Origin: Candidatus Saccharimonadales bacterium
GTDB lineage: Bacteria; Patescibacteriota; Saccharimonadia; Saccharimonadales; JBBQAJ01
NCBI GenBank assembly: GCA_038206875.1
Contig: JBBRAK010000001.1
Location: forward strand, 1,037-65,036
Length of the DNA stretch: 64,000 bases
Direction: 5' to 3'
Below the pieces are notes generated by a model. The model ran no database searches. It was not told the origin of the DNA and saw only the letters and a list, made by a program, of their open reading frames with translations. This document shows, in pieces, positions 44,074 through 54,426 of this stretch; within the stretch, counting starts at the first letter, position 1, and each line of letters opens with the position of its first letter. A program made the position numbers and the translations under genes.

Positions 44074-45705
44074 ATGGATAAATTTACAAGAAAACACCAC
44101 AAACATCACCACTCATCGGTTGATGGCATGCTTAACTCAAACCCAATCCAAAAAACACCACATAATACAAATTTATTATCACAAAAAGGGGAGGTAGACA
44201 CGTCGCTACCTACGCCTAGAAACAGACTTGATGATTTTAGCGGTTCGGAAGGATTTAGAGCTTCTCAGCAGAACATTATAAATGATAATGGGTCAATCCC
44301 CGGTGGCAGAAACCCCAGAAGAGGTCTTGATGGAGCTATTGACTTAAGTCTATCCCCAGCTCCAAAAAAATCACGCAAAAAACTTAGCTGGAAAAAACGT
44401 GGTTTCCGTGCACTAGCTGGCCTGACACTGCTTGTAGTCGTAGTTACTGGATTTTTGTTCGGAAAAGGTTACCTGAAGCTAAATAAAATATTTAAAGGTG
44501 GAGCAGAAGGCGCAACTGCCTTGCAAGACAATGTAGACCCTAGCAAGCTCAAGGGCGAAGGTGACGGTAGGGTGAATATACTTTTACTAGGACGCGGTGG
44601 TGAGGGAAATGCCGGTCCGGACCTTACGGATACGATATTAATTGCAAGTATTGACCCAATCAACAAAAAAGCTTCGCTTCTAAGTGTACCCAGAGATTTG
44701 TACTACCCAAAAACCAGTAATTACAGAGTAAACTCCGTTTTTGCAGAAGCAAAATATGCGGCTAAAGCAAGAAAAGCTAGTAACACAGACGCCGAGAATG
44801 CTGGATTTACTGCTATGGAAAAAGTCATACAAGACGACCTAGGCATACCAATTCATTATCATGTGATGATAGATTTTGCAGGTTTTGTTCAGGCTATAAA
44901 TACAGTAGGTGGAGTCGACATAAATGTCGACAAAAACGGAACAGTATACGAAAAATTGTGGGATGGCTTGATTAAGAAAAATTACACGCTTGATGTTAAG
45001 GAAGGGCCTCAGCATTTTGATGGCCAAAGAGCACTATATTATGCACGTTCACGTAAAACCAGTTCCAGGGGTGACTTTGATAGGGCAGAGCGACAGCGAA
45101 TGCTGATAATCGCACTTAAAGAGAGGGTATTGTCTATTGGCACCTTTGCAAACCCTTTAAAAATATCAGGTCTATTGGATGCATTTGGCAATCATGTTCA
45201 GTCAAATATGAGCATAGACGAAGTAACCCGGTTGTACGATTTAGGAAAACAAATTAACTCATCAAACATTTCTACGATTGGGCTTGTAGATCCCCCGAAC
45301 AACTTTTTGCAAAGTGTAAACATAGCTGGACAGGCAATTCAACGGCCTCGTGCAGGTCTAAATGATTTTTCAGAAATTCAAAACTATGTCAGGAACACTT
45401 TGAAAGATGGCTATTTAGCTAATGAGAATGCCTCGGTTGTTGTATTAAACGGGTCGACAAGTTCAGGTCTGGCAACCAAAAAGGCAAATGAACTTCGAAG
45501 TTATGGCTATAATGTAGTCAAAGTAAGTGATGCGCCGACTAAAACGTATAAAAGTACTATACTGGTAGATATGAGAAACGGTGAGAAAAAATATACAAGA
45601 AGGTATCTGGAGATAAGGTTTGGCGTGAGTGCTGTCAATACTTTGCCGGATCCCAAAATCCAAAACCCGGAAAACGCGGATTTTATAATAATATTGGGGC
45701 AATGA
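44074..45705 (+). CDS. LytR-CpsA-Psr (LCP) family cell-envelope glycopolymer transferase with C-terminal LytR_C domain
   Basis: It has a TM anchor, VNILLLGRGGEGNAGPDLTDTILIASIDP, SVPRDL, ALYYARSRK...DFDRAERQR, and a C-terminal VVVLNGSTSSGLA. Confidence 0.85.
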   Translation: MDKFTRKHHKHHHSSVDGMLNSNPIQKTPHNTNLLSQKGEVDTSLPTPRNRLDDFSGSEGFRASQQNIINDNGSIPGGRNPRRGLDGAIDLSLSPAPKKSRKKLSWKKRGFRALAGLTLLVVVVTGFLFGKGYLKLNKIFKGGAEGATALQDNVDPSKLKGEGDGRVNILLLGRGGEGNAGPDLTDTILIASIDPINKKASLLSVPRDLYYPKTSNYRVNSVFAEAKYAAKARKASNTDAENAGFTAMEKVIQDDLGIPIHYHVMIDFAGFVQAINTVGGVDINVDKNGTVYEKLWDGLIKKNYTLDVKEGPQHFDGQRALYYARSRKTSSRGDFDRAERQRMLIIALKERVLSIGTFANPLKISGLLDAFGNHVQSNMSIDEVTRLYDLGKQINSSNISTIGLVDPPNNFLQSVNIAGQAIQRPRAGLNDFSEIQNYVRNTLKDGYLANENASVVVLNGSTSSGLATKKANELRSYGYNVVKVSDAPTKTYKSTILVDMRNGEKKYTRRYLEIRFGVSAVNTLPDPKIQNPENADFIIILGQ

Positions 45706-46454
45706 AAAAATTAATAGCCGGTAAAATTAAGCCCACAAAAGGCTATGCTCATGTTTTGCACATAGTTCTTAGTGCAATAATGCCAGCCCTTGTATATGTA
45801 CTTATAAGAATAGATTTTGTGCAGTTGGCAGTTTTGGTGATACTAATTACAAAATGGCGTATGTTTGCCGTAAGGCCACGGTTTTGGCCGGCAATATTCC
45901 GCGCAAATTCTGTAGATATAATAGTTGGACTGGCCACGATTGTACTTATGTCTCACACAGACAGTGCTTCACTTCAACTTTTCTGGGCAGTCCTATATAT
46001 GTTGTGGCAAACTGTTCTAAAGCCAGGGCGAAGCGTAATAAGTATCGCCTCTCAAGCATTGGTCGGACAGACTTATGGTTTGATGGCGATATTTTTAGGA
46101 TGGCCAGCTGCCCCGTTGGGTCTTCTAGTTTTTGCTGTTTGGGGCGTATGTTACCTTTCGGCAAGGCATTTTATAAGTAGTTTCGAAGAACCCTACACTT
46201 CATTGTACGCACATACATGGGGATATTTTGCGGCGGCAATAACATGGTTGTGTGTGCATTGGTTGCTTTTTTATAGCGTTATTGCACAGCCGACGCTTCT
46301 GATTACTGTTTTGGGGTTTGGATTGGGTGGTCTTTATTATTTGAGAGAAACAGATCGATTGTCAGTTTTACTTAGGCGACAAATTGTTTTTATTATGATA
46401 GCGATAATTGTCGTTGTGTTTGTTTTCTCAGACTGGGGTGATAAAGCCATATAG
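45702..46454 (+). CDS. Hypothetical polytopic membrane protein
   Basis: This is a 250-aa product with about 7 hydrophobic segments. Its start overlaps the LCP stop by 4 nt, which suggests an operon. I recognise no family motif. Confidence 0.6.
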   Translation: MKKLIAGKIKPTKGYAHVLHIVLSAIMPALVYVLIRIDFVQLAVLVILITKWRMFAVRPRFWPAIFRANSVDIIVGLATIVLMSHTDSASLQLFWAVLYMLWQTVLKPGRSVISIASQALVGQTYGLMAIFLGWPAAPLGLLVFAVWGVCYLSARHFISSFEEPYTSLYAHTWGYFAAAITWLCVHWLLFYSVIAQPTLLITVLGFGLGGLYYLRETDRLSVLLRRQIVFIMIAIIVVVFVFSDWGDKAI

Positions 46455-46572
46455 CTTTTGTTTGCCGGAATGTGTTACGTGCAATTAGTGATTATAGATT
46501 TTTCAAAGAACCGGTTTATAGCGCATGACCACAATCGCAATAACTGCCAGAAGAATTGCATCTGTAATTCCT

Positions 46573-47505
46573 CTACGGTAAAATCGATCTAAAAGCCAAT
46601 ATGAAATCCTCTGAATCTGCTAATTCGTATCCGGCTGAATCTGCAATTTGTTTTAATATTTGGTGTTGAGCTGGCATTGACTCGGTAAAGACATACTGTG
46701 GTTTTGGATGATTTTTCGAAAGAATATTCGAGCTGTTCGCTTTATATATTTGGTCAAAAAGCTTTCTATATAAGTCTAGACCATCTTCACCGCCAAAAAT
46801 TGCGAGCTTAGGTTCTCGCTCAGCGTCTTGATTGATTGTATAGTTACTCGGAACATAGGGAAGATTTGCTAGGATAGCCGACTGGGGGGCAAGACCTACG
46901 GATAGGATGGGTTCTAACAAGTCTCCGCGAAGGTAAGTAATATGCGTGTTATGAAGTTCCGAGTTTTGTTTAGCAATCTTAAGGCATTCAGTGGAGATAT
47001 CAGTAGCGAAAACAGTTAACTCAGGATGCTCTAGTTTTACATCAATTCCTATCACTCCAGAACCCGTACCAACATCTATAACATTCAAAATCACATTTTC
47101 CCTCTCTGTAAAAGGTCGGACCTTTTGCAGGGGTGATTTTTGTGAATTGTAGATTTTTGTGAACAGGTCTAGCATGGTTTCGGTTTCGGGGCGGGGTATT
47201 AGGGTATGTTTGTTTACTAAGAAATTACGACCATAAAATTCTGAGAAACCGCGAATATATGCTAGAGGTTCGTGCTTTAACCGCCGGTTGATTTGCTTAT
47301 TGAGTACGGTTAAATTAGTTTGAGATATGTCTTCATCTGGGTGAGCTAGCACATAGGATTTATCTTTTTTTAGAATATCAGAGAGGAGTACAAGCGCATC
47401 AAGTCTGCTTGTCATAACGCCTGATTTATTCAAACGATTGCCTGCGGACGATAGCCAGTTATTAATTGTTGTCGAGCTGGCGTTCGTAATCATGTAGTTT
47501 TTCAA
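46573..47505 (-). CDS. prmC: Release-factor glutamine N5-methyltransferase PrmC, carrying an in-frame repeat-derived insertion
   Basis: It has IPRPETE, the SAM motif [12 protein letters not shown] and the catalytic NLPYVP (an NPPY variant). The segment between PRPETE and DVGTG is about 16 aa longer than in E. coli PrmC, from memory. That extra segment coincides with repeat copy B. Confidence 0.85.
   Translation of the reverse strand: MKNYMITNASSTTINNWLSSAGNRLNKSGVMTSRLDALVLLSDILKKDKSYVLAHPDEDISQTNLTVLNKQINRRLKHEPLAYIRGFSEFYGRNFLVNKHTLIPRPETETMLDLFTKIYNSQKSPLQKVRPFTERENVILNVIDVGTGSGVIGIDVKLEHPELTVFATDISTECLKIAKQNSELHNTHITYLRGDLLEPILSVGLAPQSAILANLPYVPSNYTINQDAEREPKLAIFGGEDGLDLYRKLFDQIYKANSSNILSKNHPKPQYVFTESMPAQHQILKQIADSAGYELADSEDFILAFRSILP
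47088..47146 (-). repeat. 59-bp palindromic repeat element, copy B (inside the prmC coding sequence, in frame)
   Basis: The sequence is aaatcacattttccctctctgtaaaaggtcggaccttttgcaggggtgatttttgtgaa. It is identical at 55 of 59 positions to the reverse complement of 31302-31360. It is translated as ...[21 protein letters not shown]... within PrmC. Confidence 0.85.
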
Positions 47506-48511
47506 TCAAATCATCTATATCACCCGTCAAAGCGGTGGGAATATTACTTCTGGAATATCCAATTCTATGATCTGTGATACGGTCTTGTGGAAAATTATAA
47601 GTACGAATTTTTTCGCTTCTGTCCCCAGTACCGATAAGTTTTTTTCGATCATCGCTAAGTTGTTGAGTTTCTTCGTCTATTTTCATCTGAAGCAGGCGAC
47701 TTCTAAGTACGCTCATGGCTTTTAACTTATTTTTTATTTGAGATTTCTCGTCTTGATTAGTTACAACTAGACCTGAAGGAATATGAGTTATTCGTACTGC
47801 AGAATCTGTAGTATTTACCGACTGACCTCCATGACCACCAGATCGGAAAACGTCGACCTTAAGATCGTTTGGAGAAATATCAATATCTGATTCTTCGGCT
47901 TCGGGCATGACCGCAACCGTCACGGTGCTGGTGTGAATACGGCCTTGGCTTTCAGTCGCAGGTACTCTTTGAACTCTGTGAACACCGGCTTCGAATTTTA
48001 GCTTTTTGTATGCATCGAGCCCGCGTACTTCAAATATTATTTCTTTGAAACCACCGGCTTCTGATGGACTTTCGCTGATAAGTTCGGTTTTATAATCGTG
48101 GTTTTCGCTCCATCGTATGTACATTCGGTATAGTTCACCACCAAACAGACTTGCCTCGTCACCACCAGCGGCAGCGCGAATTTCAATGATTACGTTTTTT
48201 TCGTCGTTTGGATCTTTTGGAGTTGTCAGGGTAGAAAATTGGTTTTTGAGCGTTAAAAGCCTCGCATCTAGTTCAAGTACTTCTTGTTGAGCAAGCTCTG
48301 CCATGTCACCGTTCCCTAGAGATAATTTATGTGCCTCGATGCGCTGATTTTCAAGTTTTGAAATTTCACCGTGAAAATTTAAGATGTCTTGAATCTCTTT
48401 TTTACGGCGTGCGATTTTGGGGTATTGAGGTGTGCTGAAAATGCCTGGATTATCAAGTGTTGATTGCAAGCTAGTTAGTTCTTCTTTGTATAATTGAATT
48501 TTATCGGTCAT
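47462..48511 (-). CDS. prfA: Peptide chain release factor 1
   Basis: It has the PAT tripeptide in [17 protein letters not shown], which marks RF1. It also has the GGQ motif in [24 protein letters not shown]. Confidence 0.96.
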   Translation of the reverse strand: MTDKIQLYKEELTSLQSTLDNPGIFSTPQYPKIARRKKEIQDILNFHGEISKLENQRIEAHKLSLGNGDMAELAQQEVLELDARLLTLKNQFSTLTTPKDPNDEKNVIIEIRAAAGGDEASLFGGELYRMYIRWSENHDYKTELISESPSEAGGFKEIIFEVRGLDAYKKLKFEAGVHRVQRVPATESQGRIHTSTVTVAVMPEAEESDIDISPNDLKVDVFRSGGHGGQSVNTTDSAVRITHIPSGLVVTNQDEKSQIKNKLKAMSVLRSRLLQMKIDEETQQLSDDRKKLIGTGDRSEKIRTYNFPQDRITDHRIGYSRSNIPTALTGDIDDLIEKLHDYERQLDNN

Positions 48512-48573
48512 ATCTAGTCCTAGTATATAGAAAAGTACCCATATCTCTATGATACAAGTGACTGGGTAGTTAG

Positions 48574-48924
48574 TTAACGGGCAGTCGGTTTTAGGGAGCC
48601 GATTTTTTGAGACTCATCAGCTTTTGGTGATTTGATACGCGTTTTACTAGCAGATTTTTTCATGCTTTCAGCCCGAGCTTTGGCGGCTTCTTGGCGGGCT
48701 TTAAATTTATCAACGCGTCCTTCGATATCTATCATCTTTTCCTGCCCAGTGAAGAAAGGGTGAGATGCGCTAGAAATATGAACCTTAACTAGCGGATATT
48801 CACTGCCGTCCAGCTTTATTGTTTCTTCAGTAGTAACAGTAGATTTGGTTAAAAACGTGGTGTTATCGTTCAGATCTTGAAAAACAACTGAGCGATAGTT
48901 AGTTGGGTGAATTCCTTTTTTCAT
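48574..48924 (-). CDS. rpmE: 50S ribosomal protein L31, type B (no Zn-binding CxxC), with basic C-terminal extension
   Basis: It has [17 protein letters not shown]...HPFFTG and lacks the Cys pairs. The Lys/Ala-rich tail is longer than usual. Confidence 0.85.
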   Translation of the reverse strand: MKKGIHPTNYRSVVFQDLNDNTTFLTKSTVTTEETIKLDGSEYPLVKVHISSASHPFFTGQEKMIDIEGRVDKFKARQEAAKARAESMKKSASKTRIKSPKADESQKIGSLKPTAR

Positions 48925-48935
48925 AACTTTGGGAA

Positions 48936-48964
48936 AGTATATAGATAAAATGCCTTGTTGTCAA
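48936..48964 (-). promoter_or_regulatory. Promoter TTGACA-17-TATACT, -10 ends 11 nt before the rpmE ATG
   Basis: The minus strand reads TTGACAacaaggcattttatctaTATACTttcccaaagttATG. There is no SD. Confidence 0.5.
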
Positions 48965-49096
48965 AGGGTGACGTATCTGTTATTCTAAGTCGGTAATAAG
49001 TAAAGCAGTTTGGGGAAGAATTCTCCTGCATAACACCTTGAGCGGACTATGTAGGCACCCAAACAAAGGTTAAGAATTCGAGAAAGGTATACATAT

Positions 49097-49894
49097 ATGT
49101 CAGTAGTTGTAGACATCAAGAAATTACTAGAGGCGGGGGCTCATTTTGGACACAAAACGAGTCGATGGCATCCCAAAATGGCTCCTTATATTCACAGTAA
49201 GCGCAACGGAACTCACATAATTGACTTGACTAAAACAGTCGAGCAACTTGAACGAGCCCTAAACTTTCTAGAAGATACTTCAGCAGAAGGAAAACAAGTT
49301 TTGGTTGTTGGTACCAAAAGACAGGCCCACGACATTATCAAAAACCTAGCTAGTTCTACTAACATGCCCTATGTTATAGAGCGCTGGTTGGGAGGTATGT
49401 TAACTAACAAAAATACCATTGGGGGCAGAGTAAAACATCTAAAAGATCTTGAAGAAAAACTTGAAAACGGAACTCTGTCGGCAAAATATAGCAAACTTGA
49501 AGTACAAAGATTCCAAGAAGAAATTGACGAGATGAATCACATTTACGGTGGTATCAAAAACATTTCCGCAAAACTTGGTGCAATATATGTAACAGATGTG
49601 AATCACGACATAAATGCTGTGCGTGAAGCTCGTAAATTGGGCGTGCCAATAGTTGGGATTGTCGATACAAATGCAGATCCAACATTGGTTGATTATCCAA
49701 TCCCTGCAAACGATGACGCCATCAAAACAATCAAACTAATAACCGACTATGTCCAACAGGCAATAGAGGCCGGACAAGTAAAGCATGTCAAAAAAGTCGA
49801 AAAATCCGCGGAATCTCCTAAAGCGGTAGAATCACCAGACAAAGAAACAGAAGAACCAAAAACAGCGACAAAGGCGGTACTAAGAAATGGCTGA
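49097..49894 (+). CDS. rpsB: 30S ribosomal protein S2
   Basis: It has LLEAGAHFGHKTSRWHPKM, VLVVGTKRQA, ERWLGGMLTN and VDTNADP. Confidence 0.96.
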   Translation: MSVVVDIKKLLEAGAHFGHKTSRWHPKMAPYIHSKRNGTHIIDLTKTVEQLERALNFLEDTSAEGKQVLVVGTKRQAHDIIKNLASSTNMPYVIERWLGGMLTNKNTIGGRVKHLKDLEEKLENGTLSAKYSKLEVQRFQEEIDEMNHIYGGIKNISAKLGAIYVTDVNHDINAVREARKLGVPIVGIVDTNADPTLVDYPIPANDDAIKTIKLITDYVQQAIEAGQVKHVKKVEKSAESPKAVESPDKETEEPKTATKAVLRNG

Positions 49895-50489
49895 AATTAG
49901 CATAGAAGACATTAAACGATTGAAAAACTTAAGTGGTGCAGGGTTGACGGACGCAAAAGCTGCTCTAGTTGATGCCGACGGAGACTTTGATGCAGCGCTT
50001 GCGGCGATGCGCAAGAAGGGACTTACAAAAGCTGACAAACGTGGTGAACGAGAAGCACGGAGCGGAACTGTGGGAACATATAATCACGACGGACGAATTG
50101 GTGTTTTGGTAGAAGTAAATTGTGAAACGGATTTTGTTGCCAAAACTGACGAGTTTAAACATTTGGTAAAAGATATTGCTATGCATGTGGCTGCTATGAC
50201 GCCCGTTTACGTGAATATGGAGGAAATCCCCGCAGACGTCTTGAAAGCGAAAAAAACTGAATTTGCCGAAAAGGCCAAATCTGAAGGCAAGCCTGAAAAA
50301 ATGCTGAATAGCATAGTAGACGGCATGTTGAAAAAGCATTTTTCTGAACAGTGTTTAATGAACCAGCCATTTGTAAAAAATTCTGATTTAACAGTTGCAG
50401 ACTACGTAAAAGAGCATATTGCAAAACTTGGTGAAAACATAGTAATTCGTCGTTTCAGTCGTATGGCATTAGGTGAAATTTCGGAGTAA
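49887..50489 (+). CDS. tsf: Elongation factor Ts (short form)
   Basis: It has the UBA-like N-terminus IKRLKNLSGAGLTDAKAALVDADGDFDAALAAMRKKG and VEVNCETDFVAKT. The product is 200 aa and overlaps rpsB by 8 nt. Confidence 0.92.
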   Translation: MAEISIEDIKRLKNLSGAGLTDAKAALVDADGDFDAALAAMRKKGLTKADKRGEREARSGTVGTYNHDGRIGVLVEVNCETDFVAKTDEFKHLVKDIAMHVAAMTPVYVNMEEIPADVLKAKKTEFAEKAKSEGKPEKMLNSIVDGMLKKHFSEQCLMNQPFVKNSDLTVADYVKEHIAKLGENIVIRRFSRMALGEISE

Positions 50490-50498
50490 TATCAGACA

Positions 50499-51062
50499 AT
50501 GACACCACAACAAGTCGTTGATCAGGCTAAAGCGAAATTCGACAACGCTCTTAATCATTTTCGGGATGAGTTGAAAAAGATACGAACAGGACGTGCAAGT
50601 GCTGGAATGTTAGACGGTGTAATGGTGACGGCTTATGGTGTGGCTACTCCGTTAAATCAAGTTGCAAATATCACCGCGCCTGAAGTGCAACTGATTCAAA
50701 TAACTCCATTTGACCCAACAAACATGGAAGCAATTTCTTCTGCTATTCGTGATAATCCAAATTTGGGTATGAACCCTATGGATGATGGTCGGGTTATAAG
50801 GATTCAAGTACCACCCCTAAATGAAGAGCGTAGACGCGAGATTGTAAAAGTTTTGGGCAACAAAGTAGAAGAGTGCATGATTAGTTTAAGGAACATTCGT
50901 CATGAGGCTATGAGCACGATTGATGACGCCAAAAAAGACAGAGATATTGGCGAAGACGACGCAAAAAGACTTGCCAAGCAAATTGATGATGCCATGAACC
51001 AGGCAAAAGCAGAGACCGAAGTTGCATCAAAGGCCAAAGAAGCAGAGATATTAACCATCTAA
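50499..51062 (+). CDS. frr: Ribosome recycling factor
   Basis: It has LKKIRTGRASAGMLD, ITPFD, IRIQVPPLNEERRRE and an ISLRNIRHEA pattern. Confidence 0.95.
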   Translation: MTPQQVVDQAKAKFDNALNHFRDELKKIRTGRASAGMLDGVMVTAYGVATPLNQVANITAPEVQLIQITPFDPTNMEAISSAIRDNPNLGMNPMDDGRVIRIQVPPLNEERRREIVKVLGNKVEECMISLRNIRHEAMSTIDDAKKDRDIGEDDAKRLAKQIDDAMNQAKAETEVASKAKEAEILTI

Positions 51063-51096
51063 ATTTTCTAGAAAAATCCAGGATATTGCGTAGCTT

Positions 51097-51789
51097 ATGA
51101 AGAATAATAATCTAAAAATCCCCAAACATGTCGGAATAATTTTGGATGGAAATCGGCGCTGGGCACAGGATCACAATTTGCCCAAATTTGAAGGTCACAA
51201 AGCAGGGTACGAAAAACTGAAAGAGATTTCAGAATATGCTATCGACCTAGGCGTAGAATATGTGTCTGCATACATTTTTTCTACAGAGAACTGGAATAGA
51301 AACAAGGATGAAGTTAAGTATTTGTTAGATTTAGCACTTTGGGTTGCTACAAAAGAAGTAAAAAAAGTACATAAGCAGGGAATAAGAATACGTTTTTTAG
51401 GTAGTAAACTGGGTCTTGGTGACAAGCTGTTAAATGCTATTGAAAAAGCAGAAAAGCTAACAATGAAAAATAGCAGAGGCACTCTAGCACTGTGCTTTAA
51501 CTACGGTGGTCAACAGGAGATTGTTGAATCTGTAAATAAACTTCTAAAACTGGGATCTGAGATTGTCACCCAAAAACAGTTTGAAAACGAGTTGTATGCC
51601 CCCGACATACCGCCTGTAGATTTGATTATAAGAACTTCTGGCGAACAGCGTTTGAGTAACTTTATGTTATGGCGAGCTTCGTATGCTGAACTATATTTTG
51701 TAAATCAGCATTGGCCAGCATTTTCTAAAGGAGATTTTGATATTGCCTTGGCAGAGTATGCTGACCGGCAGCGCAGGTTTGGTTCCTAG
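51097..51789 (+). CDS. uppS: Undecaprenyl diphosphate synthase (cis-prenyltransferase)
   Basis: It has HVGIILDGNRRWA, FSTENWNR, IRTSGEQRLSNFMLWRASYAELYF and RRFG. Confidence 0.95.
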   Translation: MKNNNLKIPKHVGIILDGNRRWAQDHNLPKFEGHKAGYEKLKEISEYAIDLGVEYVSAYIFSTENWNRNKDEVKYLLDLALWVATKEVKKVHKQGIRIRFLGSKLGLGDKLLNAIEKAEKLTMKNSRGTLALCFNYGGQQEIVESVNKLLKLGSEIVTQKQFENELYAPDIPPVDLIIRTSGEQRLSNFMLWRASYAELYFVNQHWPAFSKGDFDIALAEYADRQRRFGS

Positions 51790-51849
51790 ATACTACTAAA
51801 CGTTCAAAAAGCTATCCTATGACTAGGATTATCTATATAATGAAGAAAC

Positions 51850-52974
51850 ATGTCAGTTTTATTACTAGTTGTGGGGTTGCTTTTGTTTGTCGGTCTTGTG
51901 GTTGTACACGAATTTGGTCACTTTATCATGGCTCGGCGTGGTGGTGTTGAGGTTGAGGAATTTGGTATCGGTTTCCCGCCGAGGGCAAAAGTAATTGCAA
52001 TAAAAAACAAAACAGAATATACCCTGAACTGGCTTCCTCTTGGGGGGTTTGTGAAACTCAAAGGAGAAAATGATGCAGACAAATCCCCGGGTAGTTTTGG
52101 GGCAGCACCTCTGGGTACAAAAGTAAAAATCATGTTAGCAGGAGTTGCTATGAATCTAGTCACAGCATTTATATTGCTAACTTTTTTGGCACTTTTGGGT
52201 ATGCCTTTGCTGGTCGAGAATCAATTTACAGTTAATTCAGATACAAAAACAATTAGGCAAGATGTATTAGTTGGCAAAATTGTGGAAAAGAGTCCGGCTG
52301 AAAAAAGCGGACTTCAAGCAAGGGATAAATTGCTAAGCATAACAGGTGGTGGTATCTCTCGTGAAATAACTTCAGCAGAAAAACTTCCTGATATTACTGA
52401 ACAATTCCAAGGTCAAAACGTAGAATTATCTCTAAAAAGAGCAGGTCAAATTCAGAAAGTAAATATGACTCTCGAGACTAAGCAGGAAGTACAAGATAGT
52501 CAAAAAACCGACAATCCCCAAGGATATGTTGGCATTGTGCCATCGGAATACGTAATTCGACGCTCTACCTGGTCAGCTCCAATCGTGGCGCTTGGGTTTA
52601 TGAAGCAAGTCACTCAACTGACGTTCAAGGGCATAGGAACGGCTCTTAGTAGTTTGTTTCGAGGTGATACTGCTAAGGCAAGTTCACAAGTGGCTGGACC
52701 GGTTGGAATATTTGTACTTTTGAGTGACGGCAGTAGTTTGGGGTACCAGTTTGTGCTTATGATAATTGCCATAATCTCACTTACGCTTGCCATAATGAAC
52801 GTACTGCCAATACCTGCCCTAGATGGCGGTAGACTGTTTGTGACACTGCTGTTTAGGGCAATTCGCAAGCCACTAAAAGAAAGCACAGAGAATCTCATAC
52901 ATGGAACTGGTTTTGCTGCCTTAATGATACTTTTTGTGCTGATTACAGTTGTAGACGTAAAACGGTTTTTCTAA
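51850..52974 (+). CDS. rseP: RIP (site-2) zinc metalloprotease RseP/RasP
   Basis: It has the HEFGHF motif in TM1, a PDZ-like middle segment (GKIVEKSPAEKSGLQARDKLLSI) and NVLPIPALDGG. Confidence 0.92.
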   Translation: MSVLLLVVGLLLFVGLVVVHEFGHFIMARRGGVEVEEFGIGFPPRAKVIAIKNKTEYTLNWLPLGGFVKLKGENDADKSPGSFGAAPLGTKVKIMLAGVAMNLVTAFILLTFLALLGMPLLVENQFTVNSDTKTIRQDVLVGKIVEKSPAEKSGLQARDKLLSITGGGISREITSAEKLPDITEQFQGQNVELSLKRAGQIQKVNMTLETKQEVQDSQKTDNPQGYVGIVPSEYVIRRSTWSAPIVALGFMKQVTQLTFKGIGTALSSLFRGDTAKASSQVAGPVGIFVLLSDGSSLGYQFVLMIIAIISLTLAIMNVLPIPALDGGRLFVTLLFRAIRKPLKESTENLIHGTGFAALMILFVLITVVDVKRFF

Positions 52975-53736
52975 ATGCAAGAAAATAATAGCCAGACCAA
53001 GAACTACAACCCTTTTGCGATCGTAGCTCTTACTATCTCAATATATTTTGCAGCACAAATCGTAGCTGCCTTAATTTTTTCTTTGGTCGCTAGGATCATA
53101 TTCAAAAACGGGGATCATACTCTGTCTTGGGTTCAGGATAATGTTTGGATTACATTCGGATTTATACTTCTCGTAGAAGCAATCACGCTGTACTTATTAT
53201 TCATTTTTATAAAACTCAAAAACCAAAATTTTAAAACTCTGGGAATAAACAGTTTAAAACTAAAATACATTGGATATGCCCTGGGTGGATTTGGGATGTA
53301 TTTTTTGCTGTATCTAGCAGGCATTGCAGCAGCCAAAGTATTAGTTCCAGGATTGAATTTGGATCAAAAGCAAGAGATTGGATTTGAGACCACTACCAGG
53401 GGATTGTCTTTGGTTCCAGTGTTTTTTAGTTTGGTAGTTCTACCACCTATTACAGAAGAAATAGTGGCGCGCGGGTTTTTGTTTGGGGGACTGCGCACAA
53501 AACTACCATTTGTAGTGTCTGCCATAATCACAAGTATACTTTTTGCAGCCGCCCACTTAGGAGCAGCGTCGGACGGGCTATTATGGGTAGCGGCTATTGA
53601 TACGTTCATACTATCTTTGGTACTTTGTTATTTACGAGAAAAAACCGGAAGTCTTTGGCCGTCCATAGGGGTCCATGCCCTAAAAAACTTCCTGGCTTTT
53701 ATGATTTTGTTCGATATCGTACAATATTTTAGATAA
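52975..53736 (+). CDS. CPBP-family intramembrane glutamic endopeptidase (CAAX protease-like)
   Basis: It has PPITEEIVARGFLF (EExxxR) and FAAAH, with a second His in GVHALKN. It is polytopic. Confidence 0.85.
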   Translation: MQENNSQTKNYNPFAIVALTISIYFAAQIVAALIFSLVARIIFKNGDHTLSWVQDNVWITFGFILLVEAITLYLLFIFIKLKNQNFKTLGINSLKLKYIGYALGGFGMYFLLYLAGIAAAKVLVPGLNLDQKQEIGFETTTRGLSLVPVFFSLVVLPPITEEIVARGFLFGGLRTKLPFVVSAIITSILFAAAHLGAASDGLLWVAAIDTFILSLVLCYLREKTGSLWPSIGVHALKNFLAFMILFDIVQYFR

Positions 53737-53846
53737 AGTGATATAATATATTTATGAGTTTGACTAAAAAAGTTTTCATCAATATACCGCCAGCCCCTAT
53801 ATGTCACCGGAGGCTTCGCTAGGTTTAACTAAAGTAATTAGAGAAT

Positions 53847-53887
53847 CAACGCAAGGCGGTCTCCGGGCCGTCTTTTTACTTGCGTTG
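53847..53887 (+). terminator. Nested hairpin: inner GC stem + T5 enclosed by a perfect 9-bp outer stem
   Basis: CAACGCAAG (53847-53855) pairs with CTTGCGTTG (53879-53887). The enclosed sequence is GCGGTCTCCGGGCCGTCTTTTTA, where GGCGG pairs with CCGTC and is followed by TTTTT. The structure ends 4 nt before the GAGGA SD of ORF 53904. Confidence 0.4.
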
Positions 53888-53903
53888 GTTTGAGGAAATA
53901 ATA

Positions 53904-54329
53904 ATGACTGAAAAAAGACAATTACATGAAGCGATTTCTGAGACTGAGTGGCATGAAGCAGCCCAAGAAATGCAAGCGTTCGGGTGGGATATTACGGAAC
54001 AGGCAGCCCACTACTCAGCTACTTTGGTGAGCCGTGTCTTAAGTGGAATTTGTTCAGTTGAAGAGCTCCGGGCTGGTACCAGTTGGGTTGGTACGCTCGA
54101 TGCCGAAGCTGTTCAACTTGGTGTCGCCACAGATAGGCGGGATGATGACGGCGTGGAGGCACTAGGACGCCAAATTGCCCATCATGCAGGGCGTAAAGCG
54201 CTTAAGATCGTAGGCACTAGAGCAGGACAAGAGTTTGAACGGATTCGGCGCGCTTCTCTTTTGCACCGCCTAAAAGATCCTAGTAATGTAGGCCTTGGGC
54301 GTCTAGAACGTCGTGATCTAGATTTTTAG
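53904..54329 (+). CDS. Hypothetical protein (Ala/Arg/Gly/Glu-rich orphan)
   Basis: This is a 141-aa product from ATG 53904, 7 nt after GAGGA. I recognise no motif. Its composition is atypical for the neighbourhood. A clear terminator follows it. Confidence 0.5.
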   Translation: MTEKRQLHEAISETEWHEAAQEMQAFGWDITEQAAHYSATLVSRVLSGICSVEELRAGTSWVGTLDAEAVQLGVATDRRDDDGVEALGRQIAHHAGRKALKIVGTRAGQEFERIRRASLLHRLKDPSNVGLGRLERRDLDF

Positions 54330-54333
54330 AAAA

Positions 54334-54373
54334 ACAAAGAGACGACACAAAACATCTCTTTGTGGCTTTTTTT
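54334..54373 (+). terminator. Rho-independent terminator
   Basis: ACAAAGAGA (54334-54342) and TCTCTTTGT (54355-54363) form a 9-bp stem. It is followed by GGCTTTTTTT. Confidence 0.75.
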
Positions 54374-54426
54374 GTCGCCAAGAGACCACAAAAACGTTAG
54401 AATATGTAAACACTAGGAGAAAATCA

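Noticed and set aside
46455-46572. Possible small TM peptide (..TDAILLAVIAIVVMRYKPVL*) on the minus strand in the convergent spacer after prmC.
   Set aside because: There is no ATG, GTG or TTG start in that frame downstream of the prmC stop region. The frame would have to begin inside prmC.
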